This document shows, piece after piece, positions 1-13,957 of a DNA stretch of 64,000 nucleotides. Position 1 is the first letter of the stretch, and each line of letters opens with the position of its first letter. Origin of the DNA: Bigelowiella natans CCMP2755 (taxonomy: Eukaryota; Protista; Cercozoa); the NCBI GenBank assembly GCA_000320545.1, contig ADNK01000544.1, positions 124,001 to 188,000 on the forward strand, in the 5' to 3' direction. Below the pieces are notes generated by a model. The model searched no databases and was not told the origin of the DNA. It worked only from the letters and a program-made list of their open reading frames with translations. A program made the position numbers and the translations under genes.

Positions 1-916
1 TACTCTCGTCGTCATGATCCTTGTTGTCCATTATTTCATTCGTGCTATCCAATGCTTCACTCTCATTATTATCTTTTGGTCTTCGAACAGACAGTGAGGG
101 AGATGCTACAGGAGCCAGCCCCTTTAAGCTACTATTATCACTTTCCTTTGGAATTGTAGACTTCGGAGACTTGTTCTGGTAGAAACACTTGCGCCACTAC
201 GTACAAGCATACACACACATACACATACACACATACACACGCACGGGAAAGGAATCATGAACAATGTATATAACACCAATGATACTACTGCTACTACTAC
301 TCATTGTAGAGATTTTGACGGAAGGAGAGGGGTAGTTCTCTCACCCAACGATAAGGAAACATAGATTGTTATCGAATTAATAAAGAGTAGAAGTAGATTT
401 TGTGATACATGGTCCATGTCTTTTTGCAGCATCAGCAACATCAGCTACAAATGCAACAGTAGTGTCAAATATATATTTGCAGTCATCATTCCACACTCAC
501 TCATCATTGTTTAGTGAATTGTCATTGCGATAGAGAATAAGAAATTATCTTGCGATTGATGCAACATCTTACTCGCTAACTGAATTTGTTGGTATTTGAA
601 CATCATCATTTCTTATCATCATAGCAGGTTGTGACAATATAATCTTTTACCACAGAAGCTGGCACTTTGTATAGACCAATGTTCATGCCAGGTTTAACCC
701 CTTTCGCCCGATCAATCTATTGTTATTTATATTAATAGTAGGATAACAGCGTGATATTGGAAATCGAGCATAGGGTGATAAAGATGCTAGGAGTGGCGGG
801 GATTATGATAATAATGGTGATGATGGCGGTGATCATGGATTTAGCATCGGATGCGTGTAAATACATATGGAGACAGATAGACAAAGTAAAAGAGCACACA
901 CAATCACACACACACT

Positions 917-951
<35 letters not shown>

Positions 952-3900
952 GAATATATAATATTGTATGCATGCGCGAGTTTGTAAGTATTGCCTGCTT
1001 CGATTATATTCTTTTATTCATTCTCATCTAGTAGTTGTAGTAGTAGTAGTAGTAGTATCACCAGAGCTGCGACATCAGATAGAGACGTTGGGGGACCTCC
1101 AGGTGGAGGGAATAAAGCACCATACTTTTTCTCAAAGTATCGCTTTTGCGTTCTTATTCAAGGGGAGGGGGGGAGAGAAATCATAAACTATTCGTGCGAG
1201 TGAAGTGCCGTAAATGGGAAACCAAGCGTTGATTTTCATCAATTAGTGAGTCGACTTCTGTGCGAGGAGAATCTCGTTATTCATTATAGCAGTAGTATTA
1301 GTAGTAGTAGTAGTAGTGGTAGTATTTGAGTGGCAGCAGCATGGTTTTGGTTGATACCCGTGCAAAGCACGTTGTAGAAAATAGTGAATGAAGAAGTCTG
1401 ATCATCAATAGTAGAGCGTTGAACATAATTTCTTGTCATCATGGAAAGGCTGCATGCAACAAAACACCAAATCTGGTGAAATATCCTTGGAATAAATCGC
1501 CGATTTATCGTACCAGTTGATTCATTGTACCAGCTAAAGTGAGGATGCTATATCGTAGCTCAAATGAAAAGGAATGGGGAATAGGATATGCACGAGTTTA
1601 TTTCACATCCGCTCCTCCTTTTCTCTCTCATCACCATAATCACCATCATCATCACCATTATCTTAATCGTTTGCATCAGCCAATGATACCAGTAACAAGC
1701 CCATTGAATGCTTGACTGATGAGTCCCGTCCACACCCACGACGTATCTTCACATAGTGAGAAATAGAAAGTAAGAAATAGAGCAGCAAGAGAAACGCAGC
1801 CCCCCGTCCAAACGTTGGTTATCCAATTAAAGGGCTCGCACACAGTTGTAGTAGATTTGACGACGTTGATGACATATCATATCAACGTAAGTGTATTTTC
1901 AAGATAAGGTTGCTATCATACATCATACATTAGCAATCGTGTATGTGTATGAGCATGTGTGTGTGTGTGTGTGTGTGTGTGTTTGTGTGAGTAATACCGA
2001 GCTCCAACACCAAGGCCACAATAAGAGCTGCGCACCATAATCACAGTGACAACACACACAATGTACATATACTGGTGTATACATTAAAATGAATTAAATG
2101 TGCGGGGATGATGCATGAGTATTTTTGCGTGTGCTGCATTCAGTATGAAACAATAATAATGATATGATGTGCATACGTTTCTAATTTTATAGATAGCAAT
2201 TCATCGGTTATATTATAATCGGTGCAGTTTGATAGGTGGAATGGGCGATGCGTAATGATAAGGATGATCAAGATGGTGATGATAATGATGAAGAATATGA
2301 TGATTTACCAACGGCAAACAATAGTAAAGCGTACATCGTCCAAACCACCATGAAGCATCCTCTGTCAGATGATGATATTGAACATCAACCATGTGGCTTT
2401 TTTCATTACTAATTATTTGAATATGAGAGATGAAGGCGGATGCAGCACAGCGTATTGAATAGAGGGTAGGCTAACAGTAGCATGATCAACGATGAGTTTA
2501 CTTTTTATTGCGTTGTTGTGTCGTTAGTCTATCGATGTGTTATTGCGTGTATTTTCTCATCGCAAATCCTTTTTGAGTCTCACCCTAAGCATGTTCCGAT
2601 CATTTCCGCACACTTATTGTGCAGACAGCAACTAATGAAAAACAAACATTAAGTGGTACAAATATGGTGTTCTCTCTTCCCCCCCCCCCTCTATACCTCC
2701 CAATTACAACAACAAAACAGGGCATTCAATTAAGAAAATTCATGACAGTTGTATTCAAAACAACAATGGAGCATCGTTGCTAGGCTAAAAATAGCATTTA
2801 TTTTTATTGACAACAAATATGTGGAATGACTGACTACCTGCACTCCATAAAAAACCGCATAATCCATTGGTTGGGGGCCGTTAAAGCTATGTAAAATGAA
2901 ATCATATTTCATACTCTTCCAATTAACTGTCATCCTTTTTAGCCTCCCCCTATCACTACTAATAATTTTTTTCATCACTGACCAAGAGTAATAAATGTGC
3001 GTTTGATAATCGTTCTCCTCTGCGCTCCTTTTATGCTCTGGTGCAGCGCCTTTTGACGGTGGGTGGGGGGTATTTGTATCACAGAATACCAACAACAACG
3101 ACGACGACGATGACGACAGCAATTTTATATTTTAAATCTATTAGGAGGGTTTTTGTAAGGAAAACAGTGATGATTTCCTGCGATTTGTATCCTAAAGCAC
3201 AACAAGAGCCTTGACGCCGAACATTTTTTATTTATTGTTTTTGTCTTATTTTTCGTTGCGAATTTCAACTTTTACTCTGAAACAAACCCCACATATCATC
3301 CAAGAAATTATCATCATCATCATTATCATCCCCCCCCCTCCTCCTCAGACATACATACCACTGAGATGCAGAAAAGAACGGCAAGTGAGTTAATCCACCA
3401 CAGAACGCGGGGATATCGACTGATATACATTTGGAAATCATGCCAGTTGGTTTAGCGTTCATACATGCAATGTAATTTATACGAGTTTGTTTAACTTGTG
3501 TGTGCCATATTCGGTTAGTATTTTCGAGTATATCATATATCTAACCCAAATTTAGCCAGCGGATGTGCAGTGAAAACAGACCTAAAAAAATACATATAAT
3601 TTAAATGGGAACACAGGGACTTAAACAGATACAGCCATGCATACATTGAGTGTGAGTGTGCGTGTGTGTGTGCAAAGTATGAACAAGTCTTGACTTCCTA
3701 CTCATCATGTATGTCATAGCAACCCGACGATCCAATCTTGTCTCAATCTTTCTCGGTAGACAGACCAAAACGTTCCATCAGTCTGCATTCATCAGTGCCA
3801 CAGCCAAATTTTAATCACTCATAACACGCACACGCGCTTGCTTGCTTGCATGGTAAGACAATCCGCCTCAGTGATTACAGACTACATCTGCATCGGATAA

Positions 3901-4647
3901 TAGCTGCAACAGAAATGATGACGGCGCATGAGAATTTTTACGCCATCTAAACTACACTAATAATTCATAATCATGCCATTGTTGAAAATAAACGCATTTT
4001 CTTTATTTAATACCCCTGGAAGGCCATAATATTGCCCCCTCGCAAGCTGTTGTCTGCACGGATAAAATAATATCTTACCGAAAATCTTAGTCATCACAAA
4101 GTAATTCTATTATAGAACACGAGGAAAATGAAATATACAGCTTCCGTTTCCCACCATTTTCTCACCCTCCATCTTTTTCTTTGCCCCTTATCACCTTAGC
4201 TTGACGAGAAGTTTCTGTGATGTTGGGATGACTTTCTCCTTGCACATATCTCTACATTGCATTTAAGAAATCAAAGTTTAAATCGAAGATATTGTTGGGT
4301 TGCATATCAGAACTCACTTATCATCATCATTTTCCATAACATTGATGGCACTATCTGAAACGAGAGGCTGGGAGAGTTCTTCCTTCAAATCGTCCCTATG
4401 GTCATGATCCTCTTCCCGTTGAAACTGCAATTGAGAGGAATAGCTATCGTCTCCAGGTTGACAGAAGAGCCATGAAACTTTCTTCAGCACATAAGTTGCT
4501 AATGGGATGTCCGAGAGGTTATCAAAAGGAATTACATTTCAATTTATACAGCACTACATTTTTACCTCCATCAGCATAGGCTTCAATAACTGATTGGAAT
4601 GGTCGGCAAAAGCAAGGCTCACTCATCGACATCTCCATGGTCGCCAT
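1..4647 (-). CDS. Multi-exon hypothetical membrane protein (3' end runs off the window start)
   Basis: GT-AG exons splice into a plausible protein: MATMEMSMSEPCFCRPFQ (ATG 4647), ALHQSIKGAQRRTIIKRTFITL, CCLHNKCAEMIGTCLG, GCFMVVWTMYALLLFAV, YGALFPPPGGPPTSLSDVAAL, WRKCFYQNKSPK. Several hydrophobic segments; no family recognised. Confidence 0.6.
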
Positions 4648-4739
4648 TGTTGGGCTCAGATTCTAGTGATTATTATCAAACAAATCTAAGAGCACGTTAT
4701 TTACGCTAACTAACTACCTAGCGGTTGCTATTTTTCCTT

Positions 4740-5760
4740 GTCGCAGTTCGGCAAATGCCTACAATTTCATTGATCATATTTCTTCTTGCTCTTCTCCTTT
4801 CAGGTGTGAGAAATGTTTCTCCTTTCTAGCTTCGGGTGGGCCGGGCTAGCCTAGTAGATTGTGTAGCGGGGGGGAAACCGCATCTAAGTCCACATCCTTG
4901 CACCATGTTCCCCATTCATTACACTCCAAATCTCGCGTTCATCATGTTGGTTTGTTTGGTACAGGTTGGCTACAAGTTGGCAATTCTGCTAGGCACTCCG
5001 ATGGTCTCTAGCTTCTAGCTCTCGCAACACTTTCTAGCTCACTTGGAAATGCCAATTCATCATCAAAGTTTCTTAATTTCTTTCTTTCTCGTCGCCAGCC
5101 TAGTAGCGCTGCATCAATGATGGATGTCACTGAAATGATGGGAAGCGCCGCTAGCTTCGCTCGATCCTTCATTCACCTGCATGTGCATCTAACCATCAGG
5201 AACAATTCAACAAGCACATGGTTTCGCACTCTGCGAATGTCTTGCCATATTTTGGAAATGTGGTTTTTCATCACGTTGTTTGTTTGTTTTTGTTTGTTCA
5301 TGCACATGGCATCGCTCAGAAATTTGATCTGTTGCACACGCACGTTGCGTTGTTGCGTGGCCATTTAGACGGAGAAGCGCTAGAGCGTGACAGATCTAGA
5401 GATGCTGGTCGACATTCTGGTATACTGGACAAGCTGTGCTGTGTCTAATTGTTTGACACTGTTGCATGTTTGTGTGCACCTTAACTAGCTAAACATGTGC
5501 ATTGTGTTCATCCTGTGTCTAATCTACAATGACAATGGACACAGTACATCACATTGCATGTCTATCATGTCTAGCGCACATTCGAGTCAATGCTTGCGCA
5601 CACTACTAGCACAGGGCTAGCGAGGGGCGTTGTCTATAATGGGGTGTGCCGTTGCACGTTGCAGTGTGTCGATTTTATTGTTCATGCAGCTTGAGTTCTT
5701 TGTTGTCAGTCATTCGTCCCTTCTCCACATTTCTGCTGTTTAGTTAGCTAGCAAGTAACG
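4740..5760. mobile_element. Degraded TpA-depleted element; possible DDE transposase C-terminal relic on the minus strand
   Basis: TA is scarce and survives mostly as CTAG/CTA/TAG. Minus-strand relic reads TNNVMKNHISKIWQDIRRVRNHVLVELFLMVR...AALPIISVTSIIDAALLGWRRERKK, loosely like MULE/hAT transposase C-termini. Confidence 0.4.
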
Positions 5761-5910
5761 CAAGCTCAAATTTATGACACGCGAAGAAAATTATGAATGT
5801 TCATATGTCCCATGTAAATATTTCTTCACGGTTACTACATTGGATGTTACATCTCTTTATGCTTATACTGCAGCTGGCAGGAGTGACCACAACATCGGAC
5901 AATATTCAAT

Positions 5911-8900
5911 CTATGAAAATTGTCCCGTAATTAGGCGATCGACGGCAGCCTCAAGGTTACCCCCCGTCGCAATGAGGGCATTAAGGTTGGCGGACGCATT
6001 TGTGAAACCCATCTCGTTCAATTGTCGGAGTTGATCTCTATAGACTATCTCGGGACGCACACTTTGCTGAGGAGCAGCTGCTCCACCACCTCCTCTTCCT
6101 CCTCCTTGAGGCATGTTTGCCATCATCTGCTGCAACATTGCAAATGGGTTTCCCCCCTGCTGTGGTGTGGTTCCTGTAGTGCCACTCTGCCCACCACCTC
6201 CTGCTCCTCCCATCATAGCAGCAAACATTTGATTAAAATTAGCAGCTTGCTGTGCGCTAGGCTGTTGCTGTCCGGAAGATCCACCAGTTGCCGCTCCACC
6301 ATCCTTGCTATCCTGCTCCTTAACATCCGGTTTATTATCTGAAGAGGAACTGGTGCTAGCAGTGGTGCTGCCCTCCTGTTTGCTTGCCTCCTCCTTGGCC
6401 TCCTCTTTATCCTTAGCCTCATCCTTATCCTTTGCTGCGGATGAGTCTGTGGAGGAGCTAGAGCCGGTGGTGGTAGTAGGGGTGCTTGTTGCATTGGCAT
6501 TTGGAGCAGCACCGAAACCGCCCCCTTGCCTATTGTCAAGTCCATTGATAGTAGTAGTAGCAGTAGTAGTAGTAGTAGTTAGCAATGTAATCCTCTATTT
6601 TCACAGGCTATCGTTGCATTCATTAAACATACGAGAGAGGTCGCCACCACTCTACTATTAATACTACTACCTACTACTACAGCTACCACACCTGAAAGCC
6701 CTTTGCATGCTTAGCATCATCCGCATTGTGTCAGGATTCATCATCGCTGCAACCATCTGTGGATTGGACATCATCTGCCGGAGCATAGGGTTTTGCTGCA
6801 CCAGAGGGTGGTTTTGCATCATCTAATGAATAAAATGGTTGAGGGCGAAAGGAAACACCACGTTATCATAATCGTGAAGATAAAGAAATTTTCAACACAC
6901 TGTTTCACATTCGATTGTTTCTCCACTCTTACCAGCCCCCCCCTCTCTTTTCATTTAGTCTTTACATACCGCATGGGCGAGTTGCGGGTTCTGCGAGACT
7001 TGACGCATCATGTTTGCCAACATAGGATTATTTAGCATGTTCTCCAACATCTCAGGGTTCATCATGCCAGGGTTCATTCCGCCCATTCCGCCTGCACCCA
7101 TCATGCTAGCAAAGGGATTGTTGGCCATAGCTGAGCCCCCCCCCGATGTTCCCGTGGTACTCGAGCCGCTCGTTCCACCGGAAGTACCAGATGCAGCGTT
7201 CATTGCCCGCATCATCGCTTGCATGTTCATCATCGGATTCATAGCTCCTGAACCGCTCTGCGTCGTTCCTCCACCAGATGACGCGCCGGATGATCCTGCA
7301 CTTGCTAGAAGCGAAAGATAGGGAGATAGGGGGAGGAGGATAGCATAACTGTCAGATTTATGCTCATGCACGATATGAGAGTGTGCATATTTACGTGTAG
7401 ATGATCATATAATTATTATTTCAAATAACTATCATGATCTACCCCAAGGGTTAGGAAGAGGAGCAGTGTTTGGATTAGGAGAGCTCGTAGCGGTGGTATC
7501 CGAAGTCCCACTGCTGCTGATGGTATATCATTACTTAGAAATGGGCTCGATTGGAGGGTTATTAACCTTATTTCTGGTCTGTCTACGGAGTTTAAGCAAA
7601 TCAGATGAGAGATAATTGAAAAAATGATTCCATGTTTGATTCGCCCCCTGACTTTCCGTATGGCATTTACCTTGAAGAACTCCCTCCAGAGGTCCCGCTG
7701 CTTTGCCCAGTTGCTGCATCCATCATCGGCTCTTGCACATTGTGGTAAAACCTACAAGGTGTCATCATAGTGAGATCTTGCACTCTTCTGTCTTCTGTAT
7801 ATTTATAATACCTGCGCAGTGCGTTATATCCTTCAGGGTGTGTTGAGATATTTGCCATCGACCGGTCAGTATTGCGCATCATTTCCCTCATCAGAGACGG
7901 ATTGGACGCCGTCTGTAAAAGGATGATGAATTACGATTTACTCTCAAAACAAAATAATTTCATGCGAATATTGAGATAAACGGTGTGCCTTCCACAGCTC
8001 ACATTGACTGCTAACTACCAGCTATCACACTATCGCTTTTCTCCCAAAAAATGCAGAACCACCTGCATAGCCTGTCTGAGTGTGTTGGGGTCACTGAGGA
8101 TGTGCCCAATCTGCGGATTGTTTTCGACCAGCTGCCGCATCTGAGGGTTGGCCATGATAATACCACGTAGAGCTTCGGGGTTGTTCAAGATACCCTGCAT
8201 GAAGGGCGAGTTCATCATCTGTTGCATCATCTGGGGATTCTGCATTAGTTGTTGCTGCATTTGCTGCATGTTCTGCATATTCATCCCGCCGCCCATCATT
8301 CCACCAAGTCCTGCGAAGGGATTTGCAGGAATGCCTCCCATGGGAGTTGTGCTTGCACCGGAAGCGCTTGTTGACGCAGCTCCTCCTGTGTTACCTCCAG
8401 ATGCCGGTGAGGTTCCGTTGGCAGATGTCCCTCCTCCGCTACTCGTATTTGTCGCATTCCCTTGAGATGACGTCGTTGATGACCTAAGGATGAGATATAA
8501 AATGATAAAATTCGAGGTGACAGTGTTACACAGCATATATTCGTTTCAGGTACTAGACAATACTATCTCTGGTAATTACTGCGGTGTTGGCACTGGCTGA
8601 ATAACAGGCGCTTTCTTTCGTCCACGAACCAGAAGGATGGTATCGTTTTCTTTGATTTCTGGAGTGATTATATACTATCAATGGCAATGCAATCTTCTTG
8701 TTGGAAAAAGTGTTGTTGGTGACATCACCATTGACGATAAAATTGTGCGTTGAAGTTTATTGATATAGGTAATAATTTTGATTTTAGTTAATCGATACTA
8801 AACAAGAAACGTCACTACTTATTGCACACATTAACAGATCAATCGCTACACCACCACACATGCTCTATCTGCCCTGATCCCATTTTGGAAATTGAGTGAG

Positions 8901-9304
8901 AAGGATGGTATGTACATCTTACACAAGATTAGATTCGACGAAATCTTATTATACATCGAATCGGTATTTAAGGTTTATTGTTGTAGAGGTGTGGCGATGA
9001 AAACACAGTTGAAAAATAGACATACGAGACTCAGCCTATTTCAATTTTCATCCAAACTGTTATTTTCCTTATCTATCTATTAATTCTTATAGATATCATA
9101 TCTTCATCAATGGTAGAAAGTACTTAGGTCATCCATTGTCTGCTCGTCCTTTAACACCCTTCCTTTGTAGATGAGCCGCTGCTCCTCTGACTTAATCTCA
9201 GATTTTTCTTGTACCTGTTTCTTTAATTCTGCCACCGCCATTTTCCCAGATACCTTGAATTCATATTTCGACCCTCCGCGGGCAGCTTTTACTTTAATAT
9301 TCAT
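5911..9304 (-). CDS. UBQLN: Ubiquilin/Dsk2 (UBL - STI1 repeats - UBA), multi-exon
   Basis: N-terminal UBL ([16 protein letters not shown]); STI1 motifs ([32 protein letters not shown]; [27 protein letters not shown]); [10 protein letters not shown]; C-terminal UBA ([37 protein letters not shown]). Confidence 0.96.
7931..8010. repeat. 80-bp sequence in a ubiquilin intron, exact inverted copy of 9675-9754
   Basis: ttacgatttactctc...cacattgactg is the exact reverse complement of cagtcaatgtgagc...gtaaatcgtaa. Confidence 0.95.
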
Positions 9305-9674
9305 CTCTATGCTCGCTTAGTGTGTGGGTAGAAGGGCTCCTACGTAAGGAAAATGCGAGGTAGATCTAGGTTAGACACAAGCTGACGCAGGCTTTTCAGA
9401 CACGATTAGCCAAGTATGTTGGAAGCATCCTTCTAAACCCCTACAATTTGAAAGTACGTCTCGTACATGCTCTTGTCGTATTCTACATTGTCACTCACTT
9501 CCATTGGGAAAGCAGCTCGCTTCGTGTCTGATACAGGAAAGAAATTAGAAGACAGAAATTCAACATGTTTCATGTGTACGTCATTCTTGATAGTTTGCCG
9601 TCAAAACTTAATACAACCCTGAATTAAAGTCACAAATGCAGTCAAAGTCAGAGAGCTTGAAAGACTGTTGTTTT

Positions 9675-9754
9675 CAGTCAATGTGAGCTGTGGAAGGCAC
9701 ACCGTTTATCTCAATATTCGCATGAAATTATTTTGTTTTGAGAGTAAATCGTAA
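9675..9754. repeat. Inverted copy of ubiquilin intron segment 7931-8010, upstream of the ubiquilin start
   Basis: Base-by-base reverse-complement match over 80 nt; flanks diverge immediately. Confidence 0.95.
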
Positions 9755-10618
9755 ACTTTTAAGAATTTGGCCCAAGTTTTCTGGAATATCGGAAGATAGA
9801 ATAAAACTGAGTGGCTAGCAAATAAAGATCAAAATCTCAGATCTCTAGGATTTTAAAATGTCCAGAACATGTTGGTGAATTATCACTTATTTCATGCAAC
9901 CACGATAATGTGTGTCAAATTGTCCTGAACAAAACTATCGAATTCCTGCGAAAATGACACTAAGAAATAATATGATCTGATTTTTTTTTAAAGGTCATTT
10001 TCTGAACGAATGTTTAAGAATCTAGAGAGTTCCTTGCTTTTGCGCTTGCTTCTGTTCAATTTCTTACAATCTAGACAATATAAATAATTTTTCAAGTCGC
10101 ACAAAAGCTTAGAGAGCACGTTTTAAAGGAAGGCTTCGAGATGCCCTTCGTTTCTCGAACTACAGGGAGGAGATCAATTACATGCATGTTTCGTATGTTT
10201 TAAGGTTAGTATGCTGAATTTAGGGAAAAACGCCCTGTTTCCCTTCCACTTCTCGTGGTTGATTCATTCTTGGGTTCCGAGCCAATGGTTGACGAGACGA
10301 CGATGGTGGTGATGATCTTCGAGAACTGATCACGAACTATGGAATAGCGGAATAGGAGGAAAGCGATTGGAAGAGAAGTTCGTCACTATTCCCTTAATCA
10401 ACCGTGCCCCTCATAGATGATATGATGATGTCCAGGTAGTGGTTCTCGCTTGTCCCAGGTCCGAATGGTATGAGTCTAGTCATCAGCGATTTGCTCGGCG
10501 GAGGTGAACTTCCGCTCCTCCCTAATCCCTGTGGATTAGCTATTCCGAGCATTGTGAGCAGCGATAACATGAGGGTTATTCTATTTTCTTGCCGATTTCA
10601 TCCAGCTACATTCTACTC

Positions 10619-11260
10619 ATGCAGCCGCATATATCACAGAGACACCTTCACAGCCAACTGCCAAAGGATAAGAGGGCGAAGGTAACTGTTGATTATTGAT
10701 CACTAAAGAATTTTACACTTAAGAATTTTAAATACAGCGTAGTCTTTTGCATGGGTTAAGGGGAGGCGGAGACCTTCTAGAGGAGCCTCCACAGAACGAA
10801 CGTAGGGTATTTGAAAAGGCCAATTTGATTCAAAGTCTGTTTGCACAATGGCTTGATCAGGCGACGCAGGTCCGTTTTTATTTCAAATTAGTGCCTAATA
10901 GGTGTGTTAAGAACATGGTAATGTTTGCTGCCGTCAGTTATGCGGTGTATTGAGCTTCGTCACTACAGTCGCGTACCTGTTCCAACTTCTTGGCAAAGAA
11001 TTAGTGAACCAAGCGCGAAGACGTACAAAGCTGCAGCTACTGCTTTTCTTGCCAACACTGTGAGTTCACAAAACAAAAGGTGGAAAGAGGAAATTCTTTT
11101 ACAAGAAATATCTCTTTTTCTCCTTTTTTTAAAATGGTTTATTAGGATATTCTTGTTGCAGCTCGTCCAAAGATTGCCATCAGCCCTAGGCTTCAGATTT
11201 CCTATGCGACGACTAGCACTAGAAGGCGGTCCCCTTAAGATACTAACACACGAATTATAG
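10619..11260 (+). CDS. Small multi-exon hypothetical membrane protein (start uncertain)
   Basis: Phase-consistent GT-AG splicing: ...KDKRAK|RSLLHGLRGGGDLLEEPPQNERRVFEKANLIQSLFAQWLDQATQ|LCGVLSFVTTVAYLFQLLG...LLLFLPTL|IFLLQLVQRLP...THEL*. Confidence 0.45.
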
Positions 11261-11749
11261 CAGTATTAAACGAATAATTGCCACTTAGTCCATTCTGCTA
11301 GACGGGTGGTGGGAAACGTGATCCAAAACCGAAGGACGACACTAGGTTCCGTAGAATTTCCATCATTTCAAGAAAGAGCATATAATATTATATACGCTTC
11401 GATTGTAAATTAATCAGGTGATATTTTGCCACCGCCAGTTACTGTATTTCTGAGGGCATTTGGGGTTTGGGGATTCATGGTGTACTCTTGGCTAGTCCTC
11501 GGAACTAATTATCTTTCAAACTCTTCTTGAAGATTCCCTCTCGAGGAGGCTTTCGATCTTTGTTGTCAAACGTCAAACTGTGATCGAAGAAATTAGAATT
11601 ATAGGATGATATATTAAGAACCGAGCTCGTAGCATATCTTTACAGCTAAGATAGAAAAAATGTTCATGAGTGCTTGCTACTGTAAATAATAGCGGTAGTC
11701 TTCAAGAACTGACTCACGAAAACGTAGTGTTCACTGGTTTGTTCTTTCA

Positions 11750-12460
11750 TCGTTGACACAAGTGCCTCCGACCGATGCTTAAATACGTTCAGATGATTCA
11801 AGTGACTATGATTTTCACCCAAAAATGTACCCGGTGCTAAAATAGCGGTGACACTGCTTTGGGAGTCGTTGTGATGCATTTGGCTAATTGCTACACGTGA
11901 CGAGCAACTACAAGCGTGTTGTAGGCAATGTGAATTTGATGCGATGAACAAACAGATCGAATGCATTCTACCGTGCCGTTTTTGTGCACATCAGATCTGC
12001 CCAGTTTGTGCGACGGTTGTACAACGGTGGCCACATTGCACGCGCCGGTGTGGTGGACATCACCAAGGCCAGCATGCGTGCGTGTGTGACCTGTGTCGCA
12101 CTGATGCTCTCAGTGCTACGCAAACCTTTTGGAATGCCAAATGAACTAGATGCAAAATGGATGCCATGGCAAATTGATGAGCAGATTGAACCATGTTGAA
12201 TGGCTGACAGGTGTTCATCTGTCATCAAACAACTAAAATTTCAATCATTGCATGATGACGTAGCTCTTCTAGTCTCCTTGAAGCCAAAATATAATTTTGC
12301 ACAGCTTGATCTTCAATTTTGTTCATCCATCTGTCCTAATGCACGTGGAATCGTTCATCATGCAAATGATTCTCGATTTCTGTTCATTTGCAAGTTTTCT
12401 CGGTAAATTGTGTGATGTTTTCCCAATCATTCACAGTTTACTCCACATGTTTTTGTAACC
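11750..12460. mobile_element. Partially TpA-depleted relic of unknown origin
   Basis: Excess TG/CA and reduced TA; interrupted plus-strand relic frames (LWESL*CIWLIATRDEQLQACCRQCEFDAMNKQIEC; AQFVRRLYNGGHIARAGVVD). Confidence 0.4.
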
Positions 12461-12544
12461 GGAGGCACCTATGTTAGACGTCACAATTTAATTCAAAAAT
12501 TTTGGTTCAGACAGTTTTCGTGAGATGCACAAAATATTCGGGTT

Positions 12545-13092
12545 ACTCGGCCTGGCAACTAGTTCCATTCTGTACCAATCATAAGTAGCGCAGGCACAAG
12601 CCAAACTCTAATAAGAAATGTGTCAAGACACAGATTGAAGCAACAAGCATGCCAATTAATCTACCTCGCAGCCATTCTGGCATCTTGGGCGGAAAAACCA
12701 TTCAATCGATGTTCATGGATTCAAACTAAGAGGAATAGATCGTAGTCTAATGTAAGACCGACAAGCACTGGGGTTATCATGATAGGTGCAATAAAATTTA
12801 GGCCATCCCCTTGTGCTTCCGGAATTCTAATGTCTTGGAGTAATACCGCTATAATTCCAAAAACCCATGCCAACGAGAAAGCTACGGTCACAATGAGGCG
12901 GATATTCATTGTAAGAGACTTGAACGAAATCGAAGTTAGCAGTAGGACAACGCTGACGAGTGCCCGACATTTATTATGGAGCCGATTTGTACATAGAAAT
13001 GGGTGCCATACCCTCAAAGTAAACACTTCCACGTATCGACGACCATACTGGTGGACAGCAGACAGCAGACCAAGTTTGTTGCGCATGTTCAC
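12545..13092 (-). pseudogene. MMPL/RND-family transporter pseudogene (C-terminal half; may extend upstream)
   Basis: PIMITPVLVGLTLDYDLFLLV*IHEHRLNG matches the MMPL GLxxDYxxFLxSRIxE motif, with TGA at the Arg position. Downstream LDTFLIRVWLVPALLMIGTEWN*LPG matches the MMPL C-terminus, with a frameshift, a deletion and a stop. Confidence 0.75.
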
Positions 13093-13957
13093 AACAGTGA
13101 AGGTGGGAAATCGGCTGTAGAGAAATGTTCATTAGACATCAACTGGACCGTCTGCCTCCGCCAACATGACGTGTAAGTCGTAGGGTATAAATGGCACGGA
13201 TCCGAACATTAGCTAAAAACGCCACTGCTTTCTTTGAAGCAAAAAATTATTCGAATGTTGTTTTGACTGACGACATATTTTTGGAGACTAAAACCAGCAC
13301 ATGACTTGAGACTCATTATTCCGCATTTGTGTAGTTGAAGTCATGGCATTTTAGTTGGACGTCATTCAGGATAAGTTCCATCCTGAACGATTTTACGCAT
13401 GTCCACGAAACAAGCGCATCGTTTCAGAATCCATCTGTTCGCACAGATCTACCAAAACATTAAAATTCCCATAATTGTGCTCCTACGTCTTCAACCAGAT
13501 CTATCTCAAAGATGAAAATGGAAACTCTCGTCACAAATTTGTGATGTGAATTAGCTTACGAATCTCTTCATTTGTGATTCTGTTGCGATGTCTGACTCTG
13601 CCCCAGGTGAATGTTTGATGATGCATTATTCATGCATTTTTTGATATTTATGAATATAAGTAATGGAAATTTCAAAGAGCTATGAATACAAATATTCTTG
13701 ATATGGATAATGTTATTCCCAATCCCAATGCTTGAAATGCACGTTGAGAATTCGCAAAAGAACGTTTTTTGCATGCAGAAGCAACCGAAAAGGATCTAAG
13801 GCTTATTGACGTCACAGAAGAGATAAAAAATGTCAATTCACCTGAGAGTGGGACACCTCTTAAATCTCCTATCACACCGTCGCCTGCCACATTGAAGCCA
13901 AACAAGCTAAAGATGAAGACAGAAAAGATCATTTTGATAGAAAAGATCACATTATCT

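Noticed and set aside
6022-8465. Plus-strand ORFs overlapping ubiquilin
   Set aside because: Antisense shadows of Gly/Ser/Met-rich exons.
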